A stretch of DNA of 64,000 nt from Podarcis bocagei. Lineage: Eukaryota. Made by a program: the position numbers and the translations under genes. Positions 40,375 through 52,995 of this stretch are shown in pieces. Each line of letters starts with the position of its first letter. Position 1 is the stretch's first letter. The stretch is from assembly GCA_964188305.1 (NCBI GenBank), contig OZ076886.1; one strand, 5' to 3'. Under the pieces are notes generated by a model, which did no database searches, was not told where the DNA came from, and saw nothing but the letters and a program-made list of their open reading frames with translations.

Positions 40375-40515
40375 CAGTAATGAGGAACCTGAGACTGTGA
40401 GTCCAGATGTTGCTGGACTACAAATCCCATCAGTTCCTGTCAGTATGGCCAATGGTCAAGGATGAGATACACACACCCCCAGTCCAGCAACATCTGGAGG
40501 GCCACAAGCTCCCAA
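40375..40515. mobile_element. Short palindromic MITE (hAT-like)
   Basis: CCAGATGTTGCTGGACT...AGTCCAGCAACATCTGG internal inverted repeat; related copies at 42553, 54463, 61394. Confidence 0.75.
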
Positions 40516-41483
40516 TAATCAATACAACCCATACACTGCTGTAACTGAAGTAAAAACACTTTGACTGAACAGCTCTGCAGGATGTGGTTTAAAGACCACC
40601 TAAGGCTTGCACTTGGCTAGGTCATACAGCAGCAACAATATTATTACAATATAACATTAAAGTATTTCCATTTCTAACTTGCTAGTCTTAATTTAGGAAT
40701 ACTGTATATGGCCAGAGGGTTTTCATTAATTAGCCAATCAGGAAAAGGAAACATGTTTCAGCTCCTGATTTGCCAACAGCAGCTTAGTGACTATAGTTCT
40801 GCAAGTGTCAACTAATTCCATTTGCCTGTTTGTCTTCATGCTTTGTGTTTGACCAATTATGTCCTCAAGCAGCACTAGGAGGTCTTAAATATAATCTGCA
40901 ATTTCCACCTGTAGTCAAGACTTTATCATCTTGCCCAATATAACGTGAGTTCAGTGAGTGACTTAATACTTTCAGAAATATTAATCTTACCTGTTAAATT
41001 ATTAAAGTTTATTAAAATTAAAAGGAAGTCATTCAACTTAAAGTGAGCTTAGCTTTATACAATGTATATGTTATGTTCACTTTCTAAAATAAAAATGTAT
41101 TCATAATGTTTCTTACTGCCATTCTACCATAAGATCCCAAGGCAGATTACAATATAATCAAACAAGCCCAGTAATTTCTACCTTTATAAAACAAGTAAAA
41201 CAGTTCCAAAAAAAAAGCATCACAGTGTTCATTAAAAAATAGGCATTGCTAAAGAGCAGAGGCCAAACTATTACAGACTTCAGTCTCTTGCACCAGAAGG
41301 CTTATAAATCTTTTCACCCAAGGGCTTACCTGTCACACCATTGCATGGATATTAAACAGGCCCATGTGTTTAGGTTCAGAATGTCTGAAACAGTTAACTC
41401 TCCATATATTTCCATTTAAGCAGGAAGCTGCTGTCATGAAGTAGCAATGAGATGGCTGATAAATTGAAGAAAGTATGTCTTAC

Positions 41484-41561
41484 CCAAGAAGCCTCCTCCC
41501 TCTATTGTATCATAATTGTTCTGGACCAACAATCCATCACTGGCAGTGGATGCAGGATCAC
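41484..41561 (-). CDS. SEC24A: SEC24A exon 4
   Basis: GDPASTASDGLLVQNNYDTIEGGGFL; 78 nt, phase 1-1. Confidence 0.9.
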
Positions 41562-42552
41562 CTGCCAAGAAAGGCATCTGTTAAAAGCAAATTCTTAAAT
41601 CTAGTACTTGTGTAGTTCTTGCTTATTGGTCATTTACCACTAAAAACAATTCTGGATGATATGCAAAGGTTAAATGTTGTTAAGGTTAAATAACCCCCAT
41701 TATGTACAGCTTTTCTCAGTCTGGAAAATAATTCTTCAGAACCCCTACATGACAATTCTACCCATTCAAGCAGTACAATATCCACAATTCATCAGGCTAC
41801 CTTTCTGCAGCATGCTTTCATGAATGATGAGAGAAGGGATGTGTAGACGTCACCTTTAACAGACTCTTTCTAAATGCACTTTCTGGTACAGAAACATGTA
41901 AATATAGAAATACACAGCCTGATAAAATTGGTGGATACCCCTTGGCCTCTGTCGTGCAGTACTGCAAAAGTAAGGTTAACAGTAGTCCTATAAATCCAGT
42001 AAGGCATAAGCTTTTTGGCATGTAAAATAACACCCTGAGTTTAAGTCAGATCCTAAGGGATAACTATTTGAAAAGCAAAGCTGCTTAAGAGTATTCAAAG
42101 ATACTTGCAGCCATGATTTCATTATTCTGGCCTATTTTGAAAACAAAGGTGGCCTGTTCTTCCCTCCAGATTCCTTTGATCAGACTTGAACCAGATGAAT
42201 ATTTCTTATTTTAGAAAAATAAGAGTGAACTGGAAGTTATGAATGGATAAAGACTGTCACCTCAAGTTTACAATAAGTCAATGAAATCCTATGCATGATA
42301 ACTCAATAGGGCTTACTCCCTAGTAACCATTTAGGATTTCAGAATCTTGCATAGATTTCCTTCCATATAATAATATTTAATACATAAGCAACAACATCCA
42401 AGTTATAACATTCAAGATATAACAAGAGCTGAAAGAGGATAGGGCAAGGCTATGGACAACATTAAAAGTAGAGATACCCAACCCTGATTTCTGCCGATTC
42501 CTTCATCCCATGCCATGTGGGAGGGTCCCCTGACTGCTGTTGTCAATGGTCA

Positions 42553-42668
42553 CTCCAGAGGTTGTTGAACTATAACTCCCATTAATCCCAGCTGACATGA
42601 CCAAGGGATTAGGGATTAGAGGAGCTGTAGGTCAACAACATCTGGAGGGCACAAGGTTGAGGAAAGCT
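42553..42668. mobile_element. Short palindromic MITE (hAT-like)
   Basis: CTCCAGAGGTTGTTGA...TCAACAACATCTGGAG. Confidence 0.7.
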
Positions 42669-42912
42669 AATTTAAGTTCTAGTTGAATTGCTAAGACTAT
42701 ACTTTTAGATTTTTAATGCCATCTTTAATCCCACCCATCCCCTACACACCTCTGGATCTATACACTTGCCTTTAAGAGCTTATACCTGTATAAATATATT
42801 ATGGTGCAACAAGACTCTTGTTTTTGCTGTTTAATAGAGCAACACTGATACCCTACTAATCCTTAGTAGTAACATTAAATAACATTTCCTTATTACAGGA
42901 TCAATTCCTTAC

Positions 42913-43068
42913 CTCCTTGTGTATTTGATGAATTCTGTAAAGCTTGGGGTGTCATGCTTGCTGGAGGAGCCATAGGCCGTGTAGAGGCTGGACTGCTAAC
43001 TGGAGGAGGTCCTAAAGGAGGTCTAACTGGCGAATATGTTAGCTGATTACCTGGAAGAGGAACAGAAC
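42913..43068 (-). CDS. SEC24A: SEC24A exon 3
   Basis: Pro-rich GSVPLPGNQ...GPPPV...NTQG; 156 nt, phase 1-1. Confidence 0.92.
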
Positions 43069-43766
43069 CTGCAAGAATCATCAGAACATGGAGTCAACCT
43101 TGCTTCTGATTTGTTTTATTTTTGAACAGAACCAACCAAGAGGGTTTAATAAGTGCATTAAATTTCTTCTACATGAGGGATATTTTAGGTGACCTTAATA
43201 AAATTCAAAGCCAAACTCATTCTACTCCCCTTTTCAATACAATCTGCATATTGATCCAAAGAGTAGGTGTAGGAATATGCACATAAGTCTTCGTTAGGCA
43301 GAATGGCCAGGGATGATAATGATGATGATAATAATAATATAGTGATAATAAATAAATAAATAATAATATAGTGATAAGGCATCACTCACAATGCAATCAT
43401 GTCATACAAAACTGCTGGGACAGGTTGAGGGAGTTCACTTAGAATGTTGGTGCTAATTAGTGTAGCGTGAATATTGTGAAATGTATTTGGCTACCCACAC
43501 CACCAGGTTTAGCCCTGTTCATTTTGTTTCGTACAAGTGTAACAAATCACTCTGTAGGTAAGAGCTACACATGGTGTAACCCCCATCCATATGACACATT
43601 CTGTCTATAATGATACAAGGTACAACATATACCATGATGTAGCAGGGATAAAGTGTTCTCCCCACCCACCTTTTTCTCATACCAGCAACAATGAAGCATC
43701 TACTTGTCTGTTGCAAAATGCTTGCACTACTGGAACCATCATAATAGCACAATGTTGAATTTCATC

Positions 43767-43912
43767 CAGTGCTTTTTATCTTAATAAATGTTCAGGGGTA
43801 CGCTCATTTTCCTACTCATATTGAAATACAGCCCCTCAATGAGGCCAAACATAGATTCACAAAATGTTTAGGGGTATGCGTATCCCTGCATCCCCCCAGA
43901 AAAAAAGCACTG
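43767..43912. mobile_element. hAT-type MITE
   Basis: TIR CAGTGCTTTTT/AAAAAGCACTG; near-identical 8-bp flanks ATTTCATC/ATTTCCAC. Confidence 0.8.
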
Positions 43913-44083
43913 ATTTCCACCCACAATACACATGAGAACATTTATTCGTTTTTCCAGAATTGATTGCTTTTAAGTACATCATTATTTCAAAAGTCTGGAC
44001 TCAAGAATGCTCAAGATGAATGACAGTCAATATTCTTTGCTACTCCAGTTGCAGAAATATATTGGGAGAATTTCTTTTCTTAC

Positions 44084-44602
44084 CTGGCTTTGTATAGCTG
44101 TTTTGAACTGGAGGACCTCCAGCAGAAGAAACATGATAGCTTGCTGATGGATTTGTACTCCCTGATGAAGGTAACAATGGCTGAGTTCCCCCTGCATGAG
44201 CAAAATGGTTTGGCTGAGAGCCCATTGCTGGCTGAATTGAAGGAGCCTGTCCGTACTGCCAGTTTGAGTGTGCTGGGAGATTAACTCCAGAAGGAAAGCT
44301 ACCTGCAGAGCTTGATGCAGCAGCTGAGTTCTGCGATAGAGGAGGCATCTGGGCAACAGGTCCCTGTTGTGCTGTTGCTAGAGAAGCAGATCCAATAGGT
44401 GGCCGATTAAGAGTTTGCCCAGGTCCCTGATAATTACTAAAAGGTGAAGCGTTCTGAGGTGCACCATAGTTATAGGGTCCAGAAGATGTATGCACCAGGT
44501 TCTTTGCAGGCGCTTGCTGAGAATACATGCCTGGGACAAAAGAATTGTATCCCTGTCCACCTGGTAAGTGTGATGAATTCACCATTGGGTTTTGTACAGG
44601 AC
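44084..44602 (-). CDS. SEC24A: SEC24A exon 2
   Basis: ccccag|GPVQNPM...NYQGPGQTLNRPP...GGPPVQNSYTKP G|gtaag; 519 nt low-complexity N-terminal region. Confidence 0.95.
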
Positions 44603-45420
44603 CTGGGGAAGGAGGAAAATCACGGAATGAATGCTATATATTCTCGCCATTGAGGAATGTAAACATTTCAGTAACAGAAACTAAATTTTCCTGAAGATAC
44701 AAGTTAAAGGCAGAGAGAAAGCCACCGGGAAAAGCAGTAATTATATGCAATTTTTGCCGATTTGCTTCACATTAATTATAAAGTCCCCATATCATTGTTC
44801 ACAATGAGGTATAATTCCATATAAAGAACTAACATGTTTAAGATTTTGCACAGTCAAACAAAAAGGTATGCAATCACAACATACAAGGGCTGCACAAAAA
44901 GTGCTTGGTTGCACAAAAAGAAGGGAAGCTTACACCAAGTCAATTCGCAACCCACTGCTCCTCACTATATTTCCCTGTGACCTTAAAAATCTTCTCCAAA
45001 GGTTCAAAGAACCCTTAGTAAAGGCCTTTGGTGTGAGGTGGGGAGCTACCAGAGAAGACAGGAAATAGTCCCAAATCAAGCAGAGACCCTTTCCATTAGC
45101 ACTGTAGCATTATAGCAAGCTGGTTGGCACATGGTTACACAGGGGAATGGAATTAAGTCATGTTAACTCCCTGAATCATCAACCCAGGTGTCATGCAGGA
45201 GACATGTGAAGCAGGTCTGTAGCTGGGATAGGGGAGATTGCCCCCCAAATTCTCTGACCCCCTAACTTTTAATGAACTGATAATTAAAGTTATTTTAGAA
45301 AATGAACATGACAATCTTTCTTTTTCTTCTTAAATATGCTCTTATTTTGGGGGTGGTACTGGATCAGAATCTTCCTACCATTAAGCATCATGTGACAAGA
45401 GTAAGATGCTTTCCATTAAA

Positions 45421-45485
45421 ATGGAAAGGCGGAAGATTGACAGAACTGGTCAATTTTTTCTTAAGTATCTACATTCACCAATTAG
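45421..45485 (+). other. Candidate first coding exon of a nested antisense gene or pseudogene
   Basis: AAAATGG Kozak (alternative ATG 45406), MERRKIDRTGQFFLKYLHSPI, donor AG|gtgagt in phase 2. Confidence 0.3.
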
Positions 45486-45559
45486 GTGAGTTATTGACCA
45501 TTGCACTCATAAATCAAAAAACACATTCAAGGAGACATACAATACTGTTATATCTGTAG

Positions 45560-45780
45560 CTTGCAAACATTTGCTCAAGCGCTGAATGAGGACAATTTGA
45601 ATCCACTCATTGAAATACTGAAACACAACCCAGACTACTTGAAATCAGAGCCTGAGTTAGTAAAATCCCTTACTGATGAATGTCCATCGTTGGTGCAATC
45701 TGCATATGAGCTCACAAAATATGGAACAGCATTTCCAGGACATGGTCTTTTCATTAAGACTGCGCTGACTATTCTAAGCA
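45560..45780 (+). other. Candidate internal coding exon, unknown product
   Basis: tctgtag|...|gtatgt; 73 open codons with globular helical composition LQTFAQALNEDNLNPLIEILKHNPDYL... Confidence 0.4.
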
Positions 45781-45836
45781 GTATGTAAACAGCTGAAATC
45801 TGCTTTCCTAATTTAACACTAGTTTTAGGTTCACAA

Positions 45837-46197
45837 GGGACGCAGGTGGAGCTGTGGTCTAAAGCACTGAGCCTTGGGCTTGCCAATCGGAAGATTGGCG
45901 GTTCGAATCCCCACGACGGGGTGAGCTCCCGTTGCTCAGTCCCAGCTCCTGCCAACCTAGCAGTTCGAAAGCACATCAAAGTGCAAGTAGATAAATAGGT
46001 ACCACTCCGGTGGGAAGGTAAACAGCGTTTCCATGCACTGCTCTGGTTCGCCAGAAGCGGCTTAGTCATGCTGGCCACATGACCCGGAAAAACTGTCTGC
46101 AGACAAACATCGGCTCCCTTGGCCTGAAAGCGAGATGATTGCCACAACCCCATAGTTGCCTTTGACTGAACTTAAGATCTAGGGGTCCTTTACCTTT
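45837..46197 (+). mobile_element. Sauria SINE, full length
   Basis: Highly similar to 26899-27250; B-box GGTTCGAATCC; ACCTTT tail; partial TSD AGGTTCA. Confidence 0.93.
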
Positions 46198-49100
46198 TTT
46201 TTTTTTAAAAAAAGGTTCATAGCTATTGCCAGTACTGTAATAATGTAAAGCAGAGCTTGCTCTTTCAAGCAGTAACGTCATGACAAAAGCATTGGTCTTA
46301 GATTCACTACATTTTGCAGCATCGAAAACAAGAAAACGTTTGTTATAAACTGTAAGAATACTGTTGAAGCTCATTCTTGACTTTCTACTAGTAGTTTCTC
46401 TTGTTTTGTTACCTTTTTTGTTACTGGTAATTGATTGCAAGAAAAGTAGCAATTGTCGAAGTTGCTTAGTGAAATATTTTGAATGTACACAAGCTGCAGT
46501 ACAGTTAAAGGTTAAATAAAAACAGTTTACAATTTTGTCTTTAAAAGTCCTACAGACCAGATAAATGCCATATTGCTTTTTTGGTGCCCCTTCCCAAAAT
46601 GTTGAGGCTCCCTATGGGCATGATATGGAATGCATCACAACAGTTTTGATTGTTACTTTAATGCAGCCATAGAGAGCTCCCTGTTTGATCAGAACAGTGG
46701 GAAGGGGATGCTTAGCCCTAAAAAAAATTCCAACTCTCCCATCCAGGATTTTTTTCTCCCCAAAGAGGAAATATTAAGTTGACCTGATGTCTCCCCTACA
46801 AATGTGAAAGAAGGGGGCATGACCATCCCAAACTACTGCTTTGATCAAATTTAGAACCTGCTGCAACTGCATTAAACTGAAAACAGAACAGGAGCTGTCA
46901 GCAGATGTTCCCCATGTATCCTGTGTCACATCTGGTTTGGCTCCAAGCCGCCATGAGGCAGTAAGAGAGGGGACCACGGTATAGTTAATTTGCTTCAGCC
47001 ACAGGCCATACACAAACAAATGCAGGCATAAAACAAAAACACAAAACAGGCAGAAACAGATAAGATGAAAGAACAACTAACTCCAGGAGTCTTTCCTGTT
47101 ATTGAAGAGTCATCGCAAATACCACCACCCTGATCCAAGTAACAGATCAAGAGCATCAGGCTCAAAAAGAATTTTGCCAAGGAAGATGTGGGGACTGTGC
47201 AGTCTGCTTATATTCATTATAAAAGGACTTGTTTTGTAGATTTTACCAAATTTATCAGCTGGAGGACAAATATATTTCCAATACTTGCAGTTGAAGAATA
47301 ACTAAGCAAGTAACGAATAATGCCGTCAATTATGACAGACACAAAGGTGCAAACTGAAGGGGATTTCCAGTATTTCTAATGCAGAACTGCATGTGGTATT
47401 TTGTAGAATGTGAGAATGGTAAACACTTGGGTTGCTCAACATAACAGTTAATATCAGTTAAATAATTTTCAGCAACATTTTAGTACATAAACACAACATG
47501 GGGCCATTTTCATGTAGCCCATCCATCCCACTAAGAATTATTGCCTTTAAGTCCCAGCATTACAAAGGATGCTCAAAATTGAGAAAGCTCATGAACAAAA
47601 ATCCACATGATCAAAACATCACCGCAAAACTCTTGTATCATATGACTAACTGGTAGGCTGAGCTGAGTACATTCTGTACAACAGATTTTGGGGAGTCTGC
47701 TTTGGATCTATTAGCAATATAACTCAATACTTGAAAAGGTTCAAATGCACATACAATTCTACCCCAAGTATTACTTCACTTCAGAGAAAATACTCATGGA
47801 GAGCTGGGGTGCCTAGAATAGTTCTTAAAAACTTTTCTGAAAAAAATCAGTATCAGAAAACCCATCATTCTCTCAAATTGTAGCTTAAGACCAGAGGCAT
47901 AATTTGGACAATAATCTTTAATAAAGGGCAATCTGCCAAAACAGTTTCCTCAGAAATTTTGGGCATGGATTTTAATTTTTCATTTTTAGATAGCTTATCT
48001 TGAAACAGATGTTTATTTGTTCAGTTTCATGGCTGGTGCACAAATATAAGTTTAGTTTCGTCATCAGTAATGTTCAGCAAAATACAATCTGTTTCTGAAA
48101 AATCAACTCGTTTTTTTTAAAAACAAAATGCTAAGATCCATGAGAAATAAGTTCCACATCTTCTATTTTACCACTACTGCGTCCTGGGTCTCTGTGATGG
48201 TGAGAGTCGAAAAATGGGTGTGAGGGACCTAGTTTTAGATAGGTAACAGAGTAAATAACTACCAGTAATTACAACAAGTGATAATCTGACCAGTACAGAG
48301 TAATTTTGACAGAGCTTTCCCCCAAGGGTACAGACATTTTGACTAGTCATCATTCAGAAGGCTGGCAGTGTCTCTAAAATACATTTTGCTGAGGTTTCAT
48401 GGGCCTCTGAATCTTAATGTGACTGCAGGGCCAAGTCTGCCTCCTTTCATGGGAAGGACTGGAATCAAAGGTCCACAATGTCATTGCTACAAAGCATGTT
48501 CGTTATTCTGGCAGGAACTCTTCTCATCCTTCTCTGGAGAAGGAAAGAGGCTTGGGAAAATCTCTCATCTATGCTGGGCTTTGGATGCAGTAAGGAATCG
48601 TTTTGCTTCCAACTGTCACCGACGGCCAGAATAAGGTGACAAACATCATGCCCTCTCTCCACCCCCTCCCCAATGCTTACCTCAGTAAAAGCTCTGCTCA
48701 ACAGTAGTGGGCAGATTTTTGTGTATAATATGAACAAGTACAAATCAAATCTATATTGTGGAATAAAGATATTAAATAATACCTACCACACAGCATAATT
48801 TTTACGGGGAAAATCATTCCCCATGCATGCAAATGCCCTAGCCATTAAAATATTTAGCCAATAAAAAGTAGCCAATAAAATTTTTAAGGTGTGTGTTCTA
48901 TGTATAGTGTAACTGCCAAACATAAGTAGCCTAAGATACTCTTTCATATTTGATTTTCAGTTTCAAGATGACAACTCATCAATTCAGTCAATTCTCCAAC
49001 TGATCTGTACTTCCTGTTTTTCAGAAAGCAGCAAGATCCCACACTTTCAAACAGTCAAGTGAGCTCTCATTGATTTCTGATTCCTCAAGCCAGATCTCAT

Positions 49101-49512
49101 GAAGAAAAGTAATCAAATGACACAGAGTATGTAAAGTTGCCATAAGACAAAATTACCTGTGGAAGGACCAAACTTATGTGTGCTATGAACAGGGCTATAC
49201 CAGAATAGAAATGCATCTGTATACATTTCAAAGCTGGAGTTCAAAGCTGAATTCTGCTCTTCCATTCTTTAGAGCTTGCCACTCTTCTATTATATACAAG
49301 TCTTGTAAGCATTCTTTGTTAAGAAGATCTGAATCAAGCCAGATGCTTTCTGGAGACTATCCAGATATCCTTGTAATACTTAGGGTAAGCGATCAGGCAG
49401 TTTTTTAAAATGATTTTGTTTAATATTTGTATGTCATTTCCTCAGCAACTAACTTGAGCTCAAAGTGGCTCACAGGAGAAATAAAAATACTTCCCAATAC
49501 AAAACAAATATA

Positions 49513-49753
49513 CAGTCAATACTTGGTTCCCGAATGCCTCCTCTTTGGAACACATTGGCTCCCAAATGCAAAAAACTTGGAAGTAAATGCTCCGGTATTC
49601 GAATTTTTTTTGGAAATTGAACATCTGACGCGGCTTCCGCTTGAATGCAAAAAGCTCTTGCAACCAATCGGAAGCTGGGCCTCGGTTGTGAAACATTTCG
49701 GAAGCTGAAGGGTCTTCCAGAATGGATTATGTTCGTCAACCGAGGTTTGACTG
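49513..49753. mobile_element. Tc1/mariner-type MITE
   Basis: TA|CAGTCAATACTTGGTT...AACCGAGGTTTGACTG|TA. Confidence 0.8.
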
Positions 49754-50880
49754 TACCGCAAAAGTATAATAAATAAAATAAATGAATCGAAACAATACTA
49801 GACAGCAAAATTACAAAATTCAAATCAAGATAAACAGGATTGGTATCAGTATAAGGCAGTTATGGGGAACTGGGCATCCATCATGATGGATCCCCAATCC
49901 ACACACAAACCCCCGGCAGGGTAACTTTGACAGGTGAGAGACACCACCTACCTGTCATAACATAAGGCTACAGATGGGAAGCACACCTTCAAAGGGGTTT
50001 GCTATAACCGAACCTCCAAACTGCATTTCCCCCTCTGCATGCATCTGCAGAAGGATCAATGCACCATTTGGAAGAAGTGGTTTGAATTCAGCTTGCTCCA
50101 AACAGATAAAGTTAGTCCCCCTCAACTACACTATTTTGGTCAAAGAACTCCCTAGTACAGCCAGTCGGAATGGGACTCCCTGCCAGTAGCTATCAGTTGG
50201 CACTGGCAGGGAGCACCACTTCCAAAAGAATGATCAGGACCTCAGCCCTCATTTGTTCCTTTGTAGCCAAATCCATACCTGCCGCACACCTGATACCACT
50301 AATTGCATGAGATGTGAGGCAAGTGGGTGTGTTTTGTGGATAAAGGCCTCAAAAACCAAATTGGGACTCATGCCAGGCTTAATTAGGCCCACAGGCTGGA
50401 GGTTTCCCACTGCTAGAGTATGTTGTCCCAGGAGTCATGAGAATAAATGAGAACAGCCAAAGTAAGAACATCAAGAGATGCAAAGTATCAAGGGTAAGTC
50501 CAATGAGAATTCTGGGAATGAAATGAATCACTAGAGTATAAAGGATGTGGAGGAATAAATACGTGTGTCATGTAAGGCTGGAACAGGCACGTTTTGCTGG
50601 AATCTCAGGTCTGCTCAGAAGCTCACAAACTGGAAGACCTGGAAAGTTCTACATCTACATTCATCCTTACACACAGTCTTTAGATTTTTGGGTCCTATTC
50701 AGACTATTAAACATGGCCTTCCAAACAGCAAACCACAACATCAGCTCACACAATGACTAGGGCTATTCTGCTGGCCTTGCACAGTGGTGGTATGGGTGTT
50801 AAAGGGATGTGGGCCAGCGGTATGCCTGACATGTGTAAAGGATGGATATTTATTTACTCTGCCAAAAAGTTCCTTTAAGA

Positions 50881-51109
50881 TGTTGTTGTTGTTTAGTCAT
50901 GTCCAACTCTTCGTGACCCCATGGACCAGAGCACACCAGGCACTCCTGTCTTCCACTGCCTCCCGCAGTTTGGTCAAACTCATGTTAGTAGCTTCGAGAA
51001 CACTGTCCAACCATCTCGTCCTCTGTTGTCCCCTTCTCCTTGTGCCCTCAATCTTTCCCAACATCAGGGTCTTTTCCAGAGAGTCTTCTCATCTTATGAG
51101 GTGACCAAA
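50881..51109 (-). mobile_element. BovB/RTE LINE 3' end
   Basis: (TTG)n tail then TTTAGTCATGTCCAACTCTT.GTGACCCCATGGAC...CCAACCATCTC.TCCTCTG...ATCAGGGTCTTTTCCA, a BovB-like terminus. Confidence 0.88.
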
Positions 51110-52030
51110 CCAATTCCTAATTCCACAAGAAAAGAACACTCCCATTATTGGGAAGCATCACACTAGCCTGATATTTTGCTCCTTTCCCTCACATATTCCA
51201 GTGGCCCAGGGCCTCTCTAGGCATAACTAGAAACCTTGGTTTTCTGCTAAACAAATCTCCTCCAATTATGCATATAAATAAATAAATGAAGGGCAGGAGG
51301 AGCTTGTTAATATTTCCCATTATGTCTGATCCAGGCCACTGGTTTCCGTTTCAGCTTGTTCTAAACTTACTTCTTCTTTACTCCATCTATACTTACATAT
51401 AATTAAATTCATTTGTTCAGAACTGTGCATTTTTAACAGCAGCACTTTTTTGGCAACCTACTCTCTGCTTGTAGATTGTTCTATTTAGAGTACAAGTTGT
51501 TCAGAAGAAGGGCTGACTTTATGCTATATGAGCCATTCATGATGTTGGCAAAACACAAGCCATATTCATGTATCCAAATTATACTTAGAATCTCTTATGA
51601 GACAAATAATTAAATGATGATTTTATAAAACAACAATCTTTTACAGCTAGCCATTTCAACTGCAGATATTCAAGTATAAATGTGCAGCTATTTAAGCGTA
51701 GGAGCTGTACTTCGGGGGGGGGGCAATCAAGATCCTCCCACCACCACATAAACATAGTGCCACATAGGCAAACCAAGTTCAAAATGGTGACTGATGCCTC
51801 AATGATATTTCAGCTAAGTGAAGATATTCCAAAATGCCACACTGAATCTGTAACCTTATTTCCTCATTTGATTCCAAAACAAGAAATGTTCCTTTTTAAG
51901 GTGCTACACAGATTTCAGATACTGTTTAGAAATATGATCAAGAGTGAGCAACTTGATTTTATGTGAACTTAATGTGCAGCATTCTGCTGCTACATAGAGG
52001 CAGCATTGGGACATATAGGCAGCATTGTCC

Positions 52031-52521
52031 CAGGGGTCTGCAACCTTTAAGATAAAAAGAGCCACTTGGACCCGTTTCCGAAGAAAAAAAAACTGGGAGC
52101 CACAAAACTCGTCATTATAAAAATAACTTTTTTGTCACTTTTTATTATTTCTTTGTTTGACCCCTCAGAATTACTCCTCCTCATAGAAATAAACGTTAAA
52201 TTAACAAGTTACCTTTTTTTGTGTGTGTGTTCTTCACTCCCCTTCAAAACAGTGAGCAGCGTACATGCCCCCTTTCAATGCAGTGACCAGCGTACATGCC
52301 CCTTACAATGTAACGGGCAGGCGGGAACGTGACGTCGGGACGGTGTGTGACTAACGCACGCACCACCCCATGCGACATCACAGCCAGTACAGCGCCTGCC
52401 ACAGTGGGGAGTGTCGGGGCGCACAATGCGCCTCCTCCCCTCACTAGTATCCGCCCCGGAGCCACGGCAAAGGTGTAAAAGAGCCACATGCGGCTCCGGA
52501 GCCGCGGGTTGCAGACCCCTG
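52031..52521. mobile_element. Non-autonomous hAT element
   Basis: Perfect 15-bp TIR CAGGGGTCTGCAACC/GGTTGCAGACCCCTG; subterminal GAGCC repeats; CpG-rich interior. Confidence 0.88.
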
Positions 52522-52876
52522 TCCCAGAGCATTATATGCCATGGTTTACAAAACTCTAGACACGACACGTCTCAGCAATAATTCCTTGGTTTGATGTTTG
52601 CTAGCAAACCAGGATGACTGACATTAAGTTAGAGTTTCCCAGTTGGTATTTAATGGGAACTCTGGCTTAATAGAAGACAGAATGTTTTTGCTATAGCTAG
52701 CATGCAACAGGAAGAGGAGGGATAGGGAAGAACATACTTCCATGGTGCTTGTCTATGGTTTCATAAGCCATGGCTTATGAAACTGTAGATATTCCAAATG
52801 TTGCCACCAGCCACAGAATTTTATTCCAAATAATGAAGTTCTGTGGTCATTCCCATAAATCCTGAAACTGGGGTGC

Positions 52877-52995
52877 ATAAGAATAGCCTGCTGGATCAGG
52901 CCAATGACCCATCTAGTCTAGCATCCTGTTCTCACAGTGATTGCCTGTGAGAAACCAGCAAACAGGATTTAGGCACGAGAGCACTCTCCCCTCCC
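52877..52995 (-). mobile_element. CR1-tail-type retroposon 3' end
   Basis: Reverse strand ends ...GATCCAGCAGGCTATTCTTATG. Confidence 0.65.

Noticed and set aside
45302-45559. 85-aa ORF with signal-peptide-like start
   Set aside because: Its phase at the 45486 donor does not match the 45560 exon; hydrophobicity is explained by a T-rich tract
45635-46153. 172-aa minus-strand ORF
   Set aside because: Mostly antisense Sauria SINE sequence
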